From: Myxococcota bacterium
Lineage (GTDB): Bacteria > Myxococcota_A > UBA796 > CAJQPC01
Direction: 5' to 3'
Assembly (NCBI GenBank): GCA_036229005.1
Contig: JAZAMN010000005.1
Span: 1-45,694 of the forward strand
DNA: 45,694 bases
Positions 22,383 through 31,649 of this stretch are shown here, piece by piece. The notes below the pieces were generated by a model. The model saw only the letters and a list, made by a program, of their open reading frames with translations. It did not search any database and was not told where the DNA came from. Every line of letters starts with the position of its first letter. Positions within the stretch are counted from its first letter, which is position 1. The position numbers and the translations under genes are program-made.

Positions 22383-23117
22383 ATGATCCTGCTCTTCTCC
22401 CTGATTGCCTGCGAGAACATCGGCCTGCCCAAGGAGCGCCCCGAGACCGTGGGCATGCACCTGTGCCTGGGGACGGAGGACCCCGACGTGGTCTGGGACT
22501 TCGAGACCCAGGAGGTCACGCTGGAGGGCGAGCTCATCAGCGTCACCGAGCTGGCCGAGGACGAGAACCACCCGGAGTTCAACCTGGTGGCCTGCAACGC
22601 GCAGGCGGACCGCATGCTGGAGATCCAGGTGCTCGACGCGGACGAGAACCCGCAGATCTGGTTCGTGGGCGTCGGCCTGCAGGAGATGGATGTGTATGAG
22701 CCGGTGGCCTTCGTGACGCCGGAGCTGGACCTGGTGGTCGGGCAGCGGCTCACCGCGCGCTTCATGTCCGTGATGTCGTGGGGGGAGAGCCAGGCGCTGC
22801 TGATCTCCGACGAGGAGGGGCTGGTGTTCGCGGCGGACGAGGCCGCTTGGGGTGCACCGCTCGGGGACGATCCCTGGGAGGGACTGAGCCTGGCCCAGGG
22901 CAACGTCGAGGCCACCGTGGACGACGAGTGCGGCGTGCAGGACTGGCGGGAGCGCATCTTCGAGGCCGACGAGGACGTCTCCGTGGCCAACGGGCAGCAG
23001 GCCGAGATCGCGATCGACGGCGCGCCCTTCACGGCCTTGAACGCCGTGAACTACGAGTGGGCCGAGATCAACTGCACCGATCTGGGCGGCAGCGGCGCCT
23101 GGGCGGTGTGGCGGTAG
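22383..23117 (+). CDS. hypothetical acidic lipoprotein
   Basis: GGAG SD, signal MILLFSLIAC, host-like codon usage. Confidence 0.8.
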   Translation: MILLFSLIACENIGLPKERPETVGMHLCLGTEDPDVVWDFETQEVTLEGELISVTELAEDENHPEFNLVACNAQADRMLEIQVLDADENPQIWFVGVGLQEMDVYEPVAFVTPELDLVVGQRLTARFMSVMSWGESQALLISDEEGLVFAADEAAWGAPLGDDPWEGLSLAQGNVEATVDDECGVQDWRERIFEADEDVSVANGQQAEIAIDGAPFTALNAVNYEWAEINCTDLGGSGAWAVWR

Positions 23118-23126
23118 CCGAGTTCA

Positions 23127-23744
23127 CTACAGCGCGGGCCGCCAGCTCAGGCTGAGGGCGCCCTGCAGGTGCACCTGCTCGGGGTCCTGGAACACGCGCC
23201 AGGGGTCCCAGCCGACGGCGAGCTCTCCCTGCAGCCACCAGCGCTCGGAGAGCTGGACGCCAACGCCCAAGGGCACGCGGACCACGCTCAGGTGGCGCAG
23301 ACCGACGCTGGGGCTGGCGGTGATCCAGACCCGCTCGCTGACCATGCCGGCCATGGGGAGGGCGGCCGCGGCCCAGGCGAAGCCCCCCTGGAGCTCGCCC
23401 CCCAGGCGGAAGCGCGGAGCGTCCACGTACCAGAGGCGCCCATAGACCCCCGCGCCGGCGCCCGAGATGTTGCCTCCGTAGACCACGCCGCCCACCTCCA
23501 GGCGCTCGCTGAGGGCCACCCGACCGGAGAGCTGGCCGGAGACCCCGCGGCAGCCCCAGAGCAGGCTGCAGCCGCCCTCGCCTTCGGGGGTGACGGGGCC
23601 GGAGCCCACCGCCGCGGCGGAGATCTCCAGAGGGGTGTCCACCGCCAGCGGGACGGGCGGGCCCATCATGGCGGCGGGGGCGCAGCCCCAGAGGGCGACG
23701 AGCAGAGCCGGCAGCAGGGAGATCAGGGCTTTCGATCCAGGCAC
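23127..23744 (-). CDS. hypothetical lipoprotein / beta-barrel-like protein (start uncertain)
   Basis: 3' part of ORF 23127..24734: hydrophobic stretch plus LWGC, alternating beta-strand pattern, C-terminal LSLSWR. Confidence 0.6.
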   Translation of the reverse strand: MPGSKALISLLPALLVALWGCAPAAMMGPPVPLAVDTPLEISAAAVGSGPVTPEGEGGCSLLWGCRGVSGQLSGRVALSERLEVGGVVYGGNISGAGAGVYGRLWYVDAPRFRLGGELQGGFAWAAAALPMAGMVSERVWITASPSVGLRHLSVVRVPLGVGVQLSERWWLQGELAVGWDPWRVFQDPEQVHLQGALSLSWRPAL

Positions 23745-23777
23745 AATGGGGGGTCCAAGGCCCTCATAGGACACCCC

Positions 23778-24854
23778 ATGCCGCTGTTCACCCTCGTCTT
23801 GGCCTGCACCGGCCAGAATCCCGCCGTCAACCCACCCGAGGACACCCAGAGCGTCCAGGACAGCGCGCCCCAAGGGCTGGATCTGCGCGCCTGGTTCTCG
23901 GACTACGACGCCGGAGAGGGCCTGGACTACCTGGAGGATCCCGGGACGCACCTGCCCGACGGCGATCCCCGGATCACGGGGGTGCCCCACGCCTTCCACC
24001 AGGACGTGCCCTACGGCCCCCACGCGCGGACGGAACTGGATCTCTGGGTCCCAGCGGATCCCGGCGCTCTGCTGATCTACTTCCACGGCGGCGGCTTCGT
24101 GGGGGGTGATCGCTCGGATCTCGATCTGGGCGCCGTCGAGGGACTGCTGGGCGCAGACGTAGCCGTCGCGACGGTGAACTACCGCTTTGGCTACCACCAC
24201 CTCAGCGACATGGAGGCCCCCGATCCCCAGGGCGAAGGGACGGACCCCAGCCTGGACGGAGCGCGCCTGGACACCATCCTGCGCGACTGCGCCCGCAGCG
24301 TGCAGTACCTGCGCTACCGCGAGGATCTGGGGGTGGACGCGCTGCCCACCATGGTGATGGGCAGCTCCGCGGGCGGGGGCTGCGCGACGTGGATCGGGGC
24401 CACGGATGACCTCGCCGATGCCGACCGGTCCGATCCGGTGCTGCGCGAGTCCACGCGGGTGCAGGCGGTGGTCCACGCGACCAGCCAGGTCACCCTGGAC
24501 TTCTCCCGCTGGGCCCCCCTGCTGGAGGTGGAGGAGGCCGAGGTGCGCGCGCTGCTCGGGGACTACCCCGCGGCCCTGACCCAGTCGGACGCCGACGCGG
24601 TGTGGGAGGCCCAGCCCATCGGCGAGGTGCTGGACTACGCGGGGGCCTGGGACGCCGGGGACCCGGTGCTGTGGGTGGAGAATGGCTCGACGGTAGAGGC
24701 CTACAGCGACGACCCGCTGCACCACCCCAGCCACGCTCTCGCGCTGTATGAGGCCTGTGTGGCGGCGGGGGGCGACTGCACGCTGCGCACGGCCATCGAG
24801 CAGGAGGGCCGGGAGGGCAGCTACTGGGGCATGCTCCTGGATGTGATGGAGTAG
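23778..24854 (+). CDS. alpha/beta hydrolase (esterase) lipoprotein
   Basis: YFHGGGF, TVNYR, GSSAG nucleophile elbow, LHHP. Start ATG 23778 (MPLFTLVLAC). Confidence 0.88.
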   Translation: MPLFTLVLACTGQNPAVNPPEDTQSVQDSAPQGLDLRAWFSDYDAGEGLDYLEDPGTHLPDGDPRITGVPHAFHQDVPYGPHARTELDLWVPADPGALLIYFHGGGFVGGDRSDLDLGAVEGLLGADVAVATVNYRFGYHHLSDMEAPDPQGEGTDPSLDGARLDTILRDCARSVQYLRYREDLGVDALPTMVMGSSAGGGCATWIGATDDLADADRSDPVLRESTRVQAVVHATSQVTLDFSRWAPLLEVEEAEVRALLGDYPAALTQSDADAVWEAQPIGEVLDYAGAWDAGDPVLWVENGSTVEAYSDDPLHHPSHALALYEACVAAGGDCTLRTAIEQEGREGSYWGMLLDVME

Positions 24855-24887
24855 GCGCCCACGTGGCGAGAGGGCCCAAAGCAGCGC

Positions 24888-25460
24888 TCAATCCTTGGTC
24901 TTGCTGTCCTTCTTGCGCCCCGCGCTGAACTGCACGACCATGCCCACGGCGGCGACGCCCCCGATGACCAGCGGGTGCCCGGGTTGGCCCACCGCGACGG
25001 AGACCAGCAGGCCGCCCAGGATGGCGGTCAGGGGGCGCAACAGGGCGTGGAAGAGCTTGGGGAAGAGCAGCAGGCCCAGGCCAGCGGCGGCGGCGGGCAG
25101 CCACCAGGGCGAGGGCTCCCCCTGGAAGAGGGGGTAGAGGGTGTAGGCCAGGCCGCCGGTGAGCACGGCGCCGAACACAGAGACCGCGGCGCGCTCGACG
25201 AAGCGGCAGAGCAGCGCGCCCAGGCCGGCGAGCACCACCGCGACCACCGCACGGATGGCGGCGTCGATGTCTCCGGGGAGCAGGGTGCCCACGAACAGGC
25301 CGAGCACGATGCCCGGCGCCAGGATGCTCAGCTTGTAGAGGCGCGCCCCTGCGAGGGCCAGCAGCCCACCCAGCAGCCCCACGATGCCGCGGAAGCCCAG
25401 GGCGGTCTGGTCCGCCGCTCCGACGATCTGGCTGCCAAGGTCGGTGGCCCACTGGGGCAT
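24888..25460 (-). CDS. DUF4203-like multi-TM membrane protein
   Basis: About 6-7 Gly/Leu-rich TM segments, ...GMVVQF plus basic tail, GGAGGAG SD. Confidence 0.8.
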   Translation of the reverse strand: MPQWATDLGSQIVGAADQTALGFRGIVGLLGGLLALAGARLYKLSILAPGIVLGLFVGTLLPGDIDAAIRAVVAVVLAGLGALLCRFVERAAVSVFGAVLTGGLAYTLYPLFQGEPSPWWLPAAAAGLGLLLFPKLFHALLRPLTAILGGLLVSVAVGQPGHPLVIGGVAAVGMVVQFSAGRKKDSKTKD

Positions 25461-25510
25461 GGTGCTCCTCCACTTGGGGGGCTAACACCCAGGCAGCCAA
25501 GGAGTTGCCA

Positions 25511-26203
25511 GTGAATCCAGCCGACATCGAAGCCGCCGCCGCCACCGAGTTCGACGACTGGGCCGCCAGCGGCCGCGGGGAGCGCATGGAGGACGGCCAC
25601 TGGCCTGTCGTGCGCCCGGTGCTGGAGGACCTGGAGTTCGGCCCCGAGAGCCGCGCCCTGGACGTGGGCTGCGGGGCGGGCTGGCTGGTGCGTCGCTTGC
25701 TGGAGGCCGGCGCCGCTGAGGCCCACGGCGTGGACATCGCCCCCGCCATGATCGCGCGCGCGAAGCAGGGCCCCGGCCAGTTCCAGGTGGCCAGCGGCGC
25801 CCAGCTCCCCTACCCCGACGGCCACTTCTCCCACTTGCTGTCGGTAGAGAGCCTCTACTACTACCCCGACCCCGCCCAGGCCCTGCGGGAGTGGCTGCGG
25901 GTGACGGCCCCCGGCGGCGAGCTCGCGGTGATCATCGAGCTCTACGCGGACAGCCCCGTGGGGCGGAGCTGGTCCGACGCCCTCAAGGTGCAGGTGCACA
26001 ACTGGTCCATGGCCCGCTGGATGCAGGCGCTGCAGGACACCGGCTGGTCCCAGGTGCGCGCCCACCAGATCCCCCGCCCCGAGGCCCCCAAGCCCCCCGA
26101 GGCCTTCGAGCCCAGCGCCTACTACCCCGACTACGAGACGCTGTTGGGCTACCACCGGGCCGGCGCGCTGGTGCTGCGCGCGCAGAGATCAGAAAACAGT
26201 TGA
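25511..26203 (+). CDS. class I SAM-dependent methyltransferase
   Basis: LDVGCGAG, GVDIA, LPYPDGHF, ESLYY, PGG. GTG 25511 follows AAGGAG. Confidence 0.92.
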   Translation: MNPADIEAAAATEFDDWAASGRGERMEDGHWPVVRPVLEDLEFGPESRALDVGCGAGWLVRRLLEAGAAEAHGVDIAPAMIARAKQGPGQFQVASGAQLPYPDGHFSHLLSVESLYYYPDPAQALREWLRVTAPGGELAVIIELYADSPVGRSWSDALKVQVHNWSMARWMQALQDTGWSQVRAHQIPRPEAPKPPEAFEPSAYYPDYETLLGYHRAGALVLRAQRSENS

Positions 26204-26234
26204 CGCGTCAAGGAACGCGTGTGATCCATGGCGC

Positions 26235-26642
26235 ATGCTGATCCTGCTTTCGCTGCTGCTGGCTTGTCATGGTGTGGACGTTCTCGGCCCGATCGGGTCC
26301 GGAGGGGCCGCCTACGCCGAGGGCATGTGGGAGGCCCGGGCGCTGACCGTCCAGGCCGGCCTGGCCGAGGCGGAGGCCCTGCACCAGCAGGGTGACCGCA
26401 GCGCCGCCCAGGCCCTGGTACGCGACGTCTACCTGGGCAGCTTCGAGCCGGAGCTGGAGGTGCTGATCCGCGAGCAGTCCAGCGCCGCGCAGGCCACCGA
26501 GCTGGAGTACCGCTTTGGTCTGCTGGAGCAGGCCATGGGCCGCAAGGACGCCGAGCGCGTGTCCGAGCTGCGCCTGGAGCTGGAGCAGCGCGTGCTGGTG
26601 CAGGCCCGCGACTTCGACAAGGCGCAGCTCATCCTGCGCTGA
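26235..26642 (+). CDS. hypothetical helical lipoprotein
   Basis: Signal MLILLSLLLAC, motif YLGSFEPELE...LEYRF. Confidence 0.75.
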   Translation: MLILLSLLLACHGVDVLGPIGSGGAAYAEGMWEARALTVQAGLAEAEALHQQGDRSAAQALVRDVYLGSFEPELEVLIREQSSAAQATELEYRFGLLEQAMGRKDAERVSELRLELEQRVLVQARDFDKAQLILR

Positions 26643-26678
26643 CCCCGTGGGGCCCGTCTTGAGCGCGGGGGCCCTGCC

Positions 26679-27368
26679 CTACTGTCCCGGGAAGAAGGAC
26701 AGACCCTGGTTCTGGTAGGCCGCGTAGACCACCACCGATGCGGTCGTGGCGCCCACCAGCATCCCGACACCTGCGCCCGCCAGCGAGGACCGGGTGCGCG
26801 TCTTGCGCGCGGTGGCCTGGTAGCCCTGGATGAAGCCGGTCTGGAAGTCCGCGGAGTAGGTCTGCCAATGGCCGGGGGGCGGCTCGGGGACCTCGCGCCA
26901 GTTCTTGTAGACGGGGTAGCCCACGCCCGCCAGGATGACGGGGCCGCCGCAGACCAGGCCGCCGCAGGCCATGCCCACCCCGGCGATGCCGGCGCCCTGC
27001 CCGGCGCTGGAGACGGCGGGCTGCAGCCAGTCGGTGAACTCCTGGGCGGCAACGACGCCCGCGGCGTAGCCCTCCTCGTAGGTGCCCTGGGGCGGGGGCG
27101 GCTCGGCGGGCGCTGGGGGCTCGGCGGCCACCTCGGGCTCGGTGGGTCCGGGCTGGACCTCGCTCTGGGCCATGGGCGCTGCGATCTCCGTGGGGAGCTC
27201 GGTCTGGGCCCCGGTGTCCTCGTCGGTGGACTCGGGTGCAGAGCTGTCGGAGGGCTCCCACGCGGCGTCGCCGGTGAGGACCTCATCCTGGGAGGCCGAG
27301 GTCTCCTCCTCCCCTTCCGCAGGGGCCGGGTCCTGGGCCAGTGCCAGGGACATGCACAGCAGCAGCAT
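26679..27368 (-). CDS. hypothetical exported/membrane protein
   Basis: Signal MLLLCMSLALA, acidic linker, YEEGY..G..AA, Gly-rich hydrophobic segments. GGAGG SD. Confidence 0.75.
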   Translation of the reverse strand: MLLLCMSLALAQDPAPAEGEEETSASQDEVLTGDAAWEPSDSSAPESTDEDTGAQTELPTEIAAPMAQSEVQPGPTEPEVAAEPPAPAEPPPPQGTYEEGYAAGVVAAQEFTDWLQPAVSSAGQGAGIAGVGMACGGLVCGGPVILAGVGYPVYKNWREVPEPPPGHWQTYSADFQTGFIQGYQATARKTRTRSSLAGAGVGMLVGATTASVVVYAAYQNQGLSFFPGQ

Positions 27369-27387
27369 CACGCCTCCGGTCAGCACC

Positions 27388-27849
27388 CTATCCTCCCCAG
27401 CCCAGCAGGCGCGACCCCAGGGCCCAGGTCCCGCCGACCGCGAGCACGGTGAGGCCGCCCGAGATCAGGCTCCACTTGCGGCGCAGGGTGAGCAGCTCGT
27501 CCTGGTAGCCCAGGGTGTAGCCCTCCGCGTAGTCGCTGGGGGTGTCGGGGGGGAGCGCGGGGGGCTCCATCGGGAGCAGGTCCCAGGCCCAGGCCGCCGA
27601 AGCCAGGCCCACCGCCCCGCAGCCCACCACCGCGCAGCCCGGGCTGTCGACCCGCGGGACCGCCCCGAGCGCCGCGCCAGCCCCCGCCGAAGCACCTCCC
27701 GCGAGCACGCCCCCGGTGGCCGCCCGATAGCGCCTGAAGTCCTGCCGTGCGGCCTGCTCGCCGGCGCTGTAGCCGTCCATCCAGCCCGGGGACTGGGTCT
27801 TGGTGCCTTGGCCGAAGGCGAGCGCGCAGCAGAGAGACAGGATCGACAT
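27388..27849 (-). CDS. hypothetical protein, paralog of 26679..27368
   Basis: Shared architecture GY.AG..AA..F / Gly-rich TM / PP / Y..GY..GY / RR..S...G. Start approximate. Confidence 0.7.
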   Translation of the reverse strand: MSILSLCCALAFGQGTKTQSPGWMDGYSAGEQAARQDFRRYRAATGGVLAGGASAGAGAALGAVPRVDSPGCAVVGCGAVGLASAAWAWDLLPMEPPALPPDTPSDYAEGYTLGYQDELLTLRRKWSLISGGLTVLAVGGTWALGSRLLGWGG

Positions 27850-28044
27850 GCCCCGCATGTGCCATCCCCAGAGCCCGGATGCAAGCCTGCCATGCGAATC
27901 TTCGGCCCCCCTCAGCAGGGGCTTGCCTGCCTCTCTGGGGACAACTCGCCGCCCCGGCGGTTTTACGCCCGCCCAGCCGTGACTACCATCTGAGCAAGCA
28001 AGCGGGGCCTCCGGGCCCCTCCCCTCCCACACGCGAGGAAGCAC

Positions 28045-30660
28045 ATGTCATTCGAGAAGTTCACGGTCAAGGCCGTCGAGGCCATCGCAGAGTCTCAGCG
28101 CATCGCTGGGCGCATGGGCAACCCCGAGGTCCGCCCGGCCCACCTCATGCTGGCGCTGCTGGTTCAGGACGACGGCGTGGTCCCCAACATCCTGCGCCGG
28201 GTCGGCGCCGATCTGAGCGCCATCAAGGAGTCCACCGCGCAGATCGTCAACAACATCTCCAAGGTCTCCGGCTCCAACCAGGCCCGCGTCTCCCGCAGCC
28301 TGCAGGACGCCCTGGACCAGGCTGAGAAGGTCTCCAAGCGCTACAAGGACACCCACGTCCCCAGCGAGATGCTGCTGGTGGGCCTGGAGAAGGCCAAGTC
28401 CAAGACCCGGGACATGCTGCACCAGTACGGCGTGACCGAGGACCGCCTGATCTCCGCCATCGAGGCCCTGCGCGGCGGCCAGTCCGTCTCCGGCAAGGAG
28501 GCCGAGGACAACTACGAGGCCCTGTCCAAGTACACCAAGGACATGACGGCCGAGGCCTCCGAGGGCAAGCTGGACCCGGTCATCGGCCGCGACGAGGAGA
28601 TCCGCCGCACCCTGCAGGTGCTCTCCCGCCGCTCCAAGAACAACCCCGTGCTGATCGGCGAGCCCGGCGTCGGCAAGACCGCCATCGTCGAAGGCATCGC
28701 CCAGCGCATCGCCACCGGGGACGTGCCCGAGTCCCTCAAGGACAAGAAGGTGCTCTCCCTGGACCTGGCCGCCCTGCTGGCCGGCGCCAAGTACCGCGGC
28801 GAGTTCGAGGAGCGCCTCAAGTCCGTGCTCTCGGACATCGAGAACTCCAACGGCGAGATCATCCTCTTCATCGACGAGCTCCACACCATGGTCGGCGCCG
28901 GCAAGGCCGAGGGCTCCATGGACGCGGGCAACATGCTCAAGCCGGCTCTGGCCCGCGGTGAGCTGCGCTGCGTGGGCGCGACCACCCTGGACGAGTACCG
29001 CAAGCACGTGGAGAAGGACAAGGCCCTGGAGCGCCGCTTCCAGCCCGTGTTCGTGGGGGAGCCCAGCCTGGAGCAGACCATCCAGATCCTCCGCGGCATC
29101 AAGGAGAAGTACGAGGTCCACCACGGCATCAAGATCACCGACGACGCCGTGGTCGCCGCCGCCAAGCTCTCCGACCGCTACATCGCGGACCGCCAGCTCC
29201 CGGACAAGGCCATCGACCTGGTGGACGAGGCCGCCTCGCGCCTCAAGATGGAGATCGAGTCCGTCCCGGCCGAGATCGACATCCTGCAGCGCACCATCGC
29301 CGGCAAGAAGATCGAGCTCACCGCCGTCTCCAAGGAGAAGGACAAGAACGCCCAGGACCGCGCCGCCGGCCTGAGCGAGGAGATCGCCAACCTGGAGGAG
29401 GAGGCCAAGTCCAAGACCGCCAAGTGGCAGGCCGAGCGCGACGCCCTGGACAAGATCCAGTCCCTCAAGGAGAAGGCCGAGCAGATGCAGTTCCGACTGG
29501 ACGCGGCCACCCGCGCCGGCGACTACGAGACGGCCGGTCGCCTGCAGTACGGCGACATCCCGCAGACCAAGGACGACATCGCCAAGGCCCAGCAGACCCT
29601 CGCGGAGCTGCAGGCGGACGGCGGCGGCATCCTGCGCGAGCACGTCACCGACGACGACATCGCCTACGTGGTCTCCAAGTGGACGGGCGTGCCCGTCACC
29701 AAGCTCAAGCAGGGCGAGCAGGAGCGCCTGCTGCGCATGGAGGACAACCTCCACAACCGCGTGGTCGGCCAGCACGACGCCATCGTGGCCGTCTCCGACG
29801 CCGTGCGCCGCGCCCGGGCCGGCCTGCAGGACCCCGACCGCCCCATCGGCAGCTTCATCTTTCTGGGCCCCACCGGCGTCGGAAAGACGGAGCTCGCCCG
29901 CGCCCTGGCGGAGTTCCTGTTCGACGACCAGAACTCCATGGTGCGCATCGACATGTCCGAGTACATGGAGAAGCACTCCGTGGCCCGCCTCATCGGAGCG
30001 CCTCCCGGCTACGTCGGCTACGACGAGGGCGGCCAGCTCACCGAGGCCGTGCGCCGGCGCCCCTACTCCGTCGTCCTGCTGGACGAGATCGAGAAGGCCC
30101 ACCCCGACGTCTTCAACACCCTGCTCCAGGTCCTGGACGACGGCCGCCTGACCGACTCGCGCGGCCGCACCGTGGACTTCAAGAACGTGGTGCTGATCAT
30201 GACCTCGAACGTGGGCGCCCGGCACCTCTTCGAGCACAAGGACGACTTCGAGAAGGGCAAGGCCGCCGTGCTCAAGGAGCTGCAGCAGTCCTTCCGGCCC
30301 GAGTTCCTCAACCGCATCGACGACATCATCGTGTTCGACCGCCTCAAGCGCGAGGACATGAGCTCCATCCTGCGCATCCAGATGAAGCGCGTCGAGAAGC
30401 TCATGGCCGCCCGCGACCTGCAGGTCGAGCTGTCGGAGGAGGCCATCGAGGCCCTGGCCGAGGCCGGCTTCGACGAGCTCTACGGCGCCCGCCCGCTCAA
30501 GCGCGCGATCCAGAACTACCTGCTCAACCCCATGGCCAAGGCCATCGTGCGCGGGGGCTACGACCCCGGAGACACGGTCAAGGTCGGCCTGGTCAAGGAG
30601 AGCGAGGAGGACCCGGGCCGGATCAGCTTCGAGCGGGTGCCCGCACCGCCCGAGACCTGA
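28045..30660 (+). CDS. clpB: ATP-dependent chaperone ClpB
   Basis: Clp-N domain, [20 protein letters not shown], long coiled-coil M domain ending [27 protein letters not shown]. Confidence 0.97.
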   Translation: MSFEKFTVKAVEAIAESQRIAGRMGNPEVRPAHLMLALLVQDDGVVPNILRRVGADLSAIKESTAQIVNNISKVSGSNQARVSRSLQDALDQAEKVSKRYKDTHVPSEMLLVGLEKAKSKTRDMLHQYGVTEDRLISAIEALRGGQSVSGKEAEDNYEALSKYTKDMTAEASEGKLDPVIGRDEEIRRTLQVLSRRSKNNPVLIGEPGVGKTAIVEGIAQRIATGDVPESLKDKKVLSLDLAALLAGAKYRGEFEERLKSVLSDIENSNGEIILFIDELHTMVGAGKAEGSMDAGNMLKPALARGELRCVGATTLDEYRKHVEKDKALERRFQPVFVGEPSLEQTIQILRGIKEKYEVHHGIKITDDAVVAAAKLSDRYIADRQLPDKAIDLVDEAASRLKMEIESVPAEIDILQRTIAGKKIELTAVSKEKDKNAQDRAAGLSEEIANLEEEAKSKTAKWQAERDALDKIQSLKEKAEQMQFRLDAATRAGDYETAGRLQYGDIPQTKDDIAKAQQTLAELQADGGGILREHVTDDDIAYVVSKWTGVPVTKLKQGEQERLLRMEDNLHNRVVGQHDAIVAVSDAVRRARAGLQDPDRPIGSFIFLGPTGVGKTELARALAEFLFDDQNSMVRIDMSEYMEKHSVARLIGAPPGYVGYDEGGQLTEAVRRRPYSVVLLDEIEKAHPDVFNTLLQVLDDGRLTDSRGRTVDFKNVVLIMTSNVGARHLFEHKDDFEKGKAAVLKELQQSFRPEFLNRIDDIIVFDRLKREDMSSILRIQMKRVEKLMAARDLQVELSEEAIEALAEAGFDELYGARPLKRAIQNYLLNPMAKAIVRGGYDPGDTVKVGLVKESEEDPGRISFERVPAPPET

Positions 30661-30670
30661 GCGCACCCCA

Positions 30671-30742
30671 CCTGTCCTCGCTTGCGTCCATCGACGAGGA
30701 CAGGCTGAGGTGAACCGAGGGGCCCCAAGCGGAGGGCCCCTC
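30671..30742. terminator. two hairpins between convergent genes
   Basis: cctgtcctcg/cgaggacagg (30671-30704) and gaggggccc/gggcccctc (30717-30742). Confidence 0.65.
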
Positions 30743-30751
30743 TCTGCTCTG

Positions 30752-31501
30752 TCAGCCCCCCAGCTCCTTGAGCAGGGACTTGGCCTGGGTGGTGTCGTAG
30801 AGCCCAACGGAGAAGTAGCTCTCGTCGCCCTGGGACACGTAGAACACGCCCTCCTCGGTGCCGCGCTCGTCGCGGCCGCCCTTGGCGCCGCTGGGGAGCT
30901 CCCAGTCCATGAAGAGCAGGTTGGAGCCCTTGATGGCCATGATCTCGCCGTAGATGTAGCCGTCGTCCTTGGAGGTCGAGGACTCCATCACGGACCAGCC
31001 CTTGCCGGTGACGGCCTTCTCGGCGGCCGAGGTGCTCAGCTCGTGGATCTTGCCGCCCTTGGGCAGGACCAGCTCGCCGAGGGTCTGGGCGGCGCTGGCG
31101 TCGTAGATGCTGATCTCCAGGGTGCGCTTGCCGTCGCGGGCGACGGTCTCCTCGTCCTCGGCCTCCCACTTGGCGTCCTCGAGGCTCTCGTGGTCGATCA
31201 CCTCCAGCTCCGCCCACAGGCTGCCCTTGCTGGCGGCGCAGCTATGGTAGACGTCGCCCTCGCTGTACTTCTCGCAGAAGTCCACGTCCCAGCCGCGCGC
31301 CTTGAGGGCCTTGGACATGTCGTCGTCGGGCGAGCTCCACTTGCCGAACGACTCGCCGGAGACAGCGGCTGCAGCGGGGGTGCCGTCAGCAGCGGGGGCT
31401 GCGGTGGAGGGGGCGGTGCTGGGATCGGCGACATCACCCCCTCCGCAGGCCAGGGCCAGGGCGGCGAAGGAAGCGAGGGCGGGGATCAGGGACTTGCGCA
31501 T
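30752..31501 (-). CDS. hypothetical lipoprotein with two-fold internal repeat
   Basis: MRKS...ALAC lipobox, GGAGG SD, two halves with pattern KA...GW...A.KGS...YD...A..L. Confidence 0.82.
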   Translation of the reverse strand: MRKSLIPALASFAALALACGGGDVADPSTAPSTAAPAADGTPAAAAVSGESFGKWSSPDDDMSKALKARGWDVDFCEKYSEGDVYHSCAASKGSLWAELEVIDHESLEDAKWEAEDEETVARDGKRTLEISIYDASAAQTLGELVLPKGGKIHELSTSAAEKAVTGKGWSVMESSTSKDDGYIYGEIMAIKGSNLLFMDWELPSGAKGGRDERGTEEGVFYVSQGDESYFSVGLYDTTQAKSLLKELGG

Positions 31502-31649
31502 TTGGGAACCTCCAGCCCGAGAACCGGGCGATGCCCCGGGCACTATCGCGGCCGCGCGGCGCTGCCCCCAATTCCTGACAGGATCACAAAGGCGACAAGC
31601 TGTTGCCTTTTAGGACGCCACTCGGCTAGGCTCCCCTCCTGGAGGTCCG

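Noticed and set aside
27850..28044. Heat-shock operator upstream of clpB
   Set aside because: No convincing CIRCE, HAIR or sigma32 consensus seen.
28048..30807. 919-aa minus-strand ORF
   Set aside because: Antisense shadow of clpB, caused by high GC3 codon bias.
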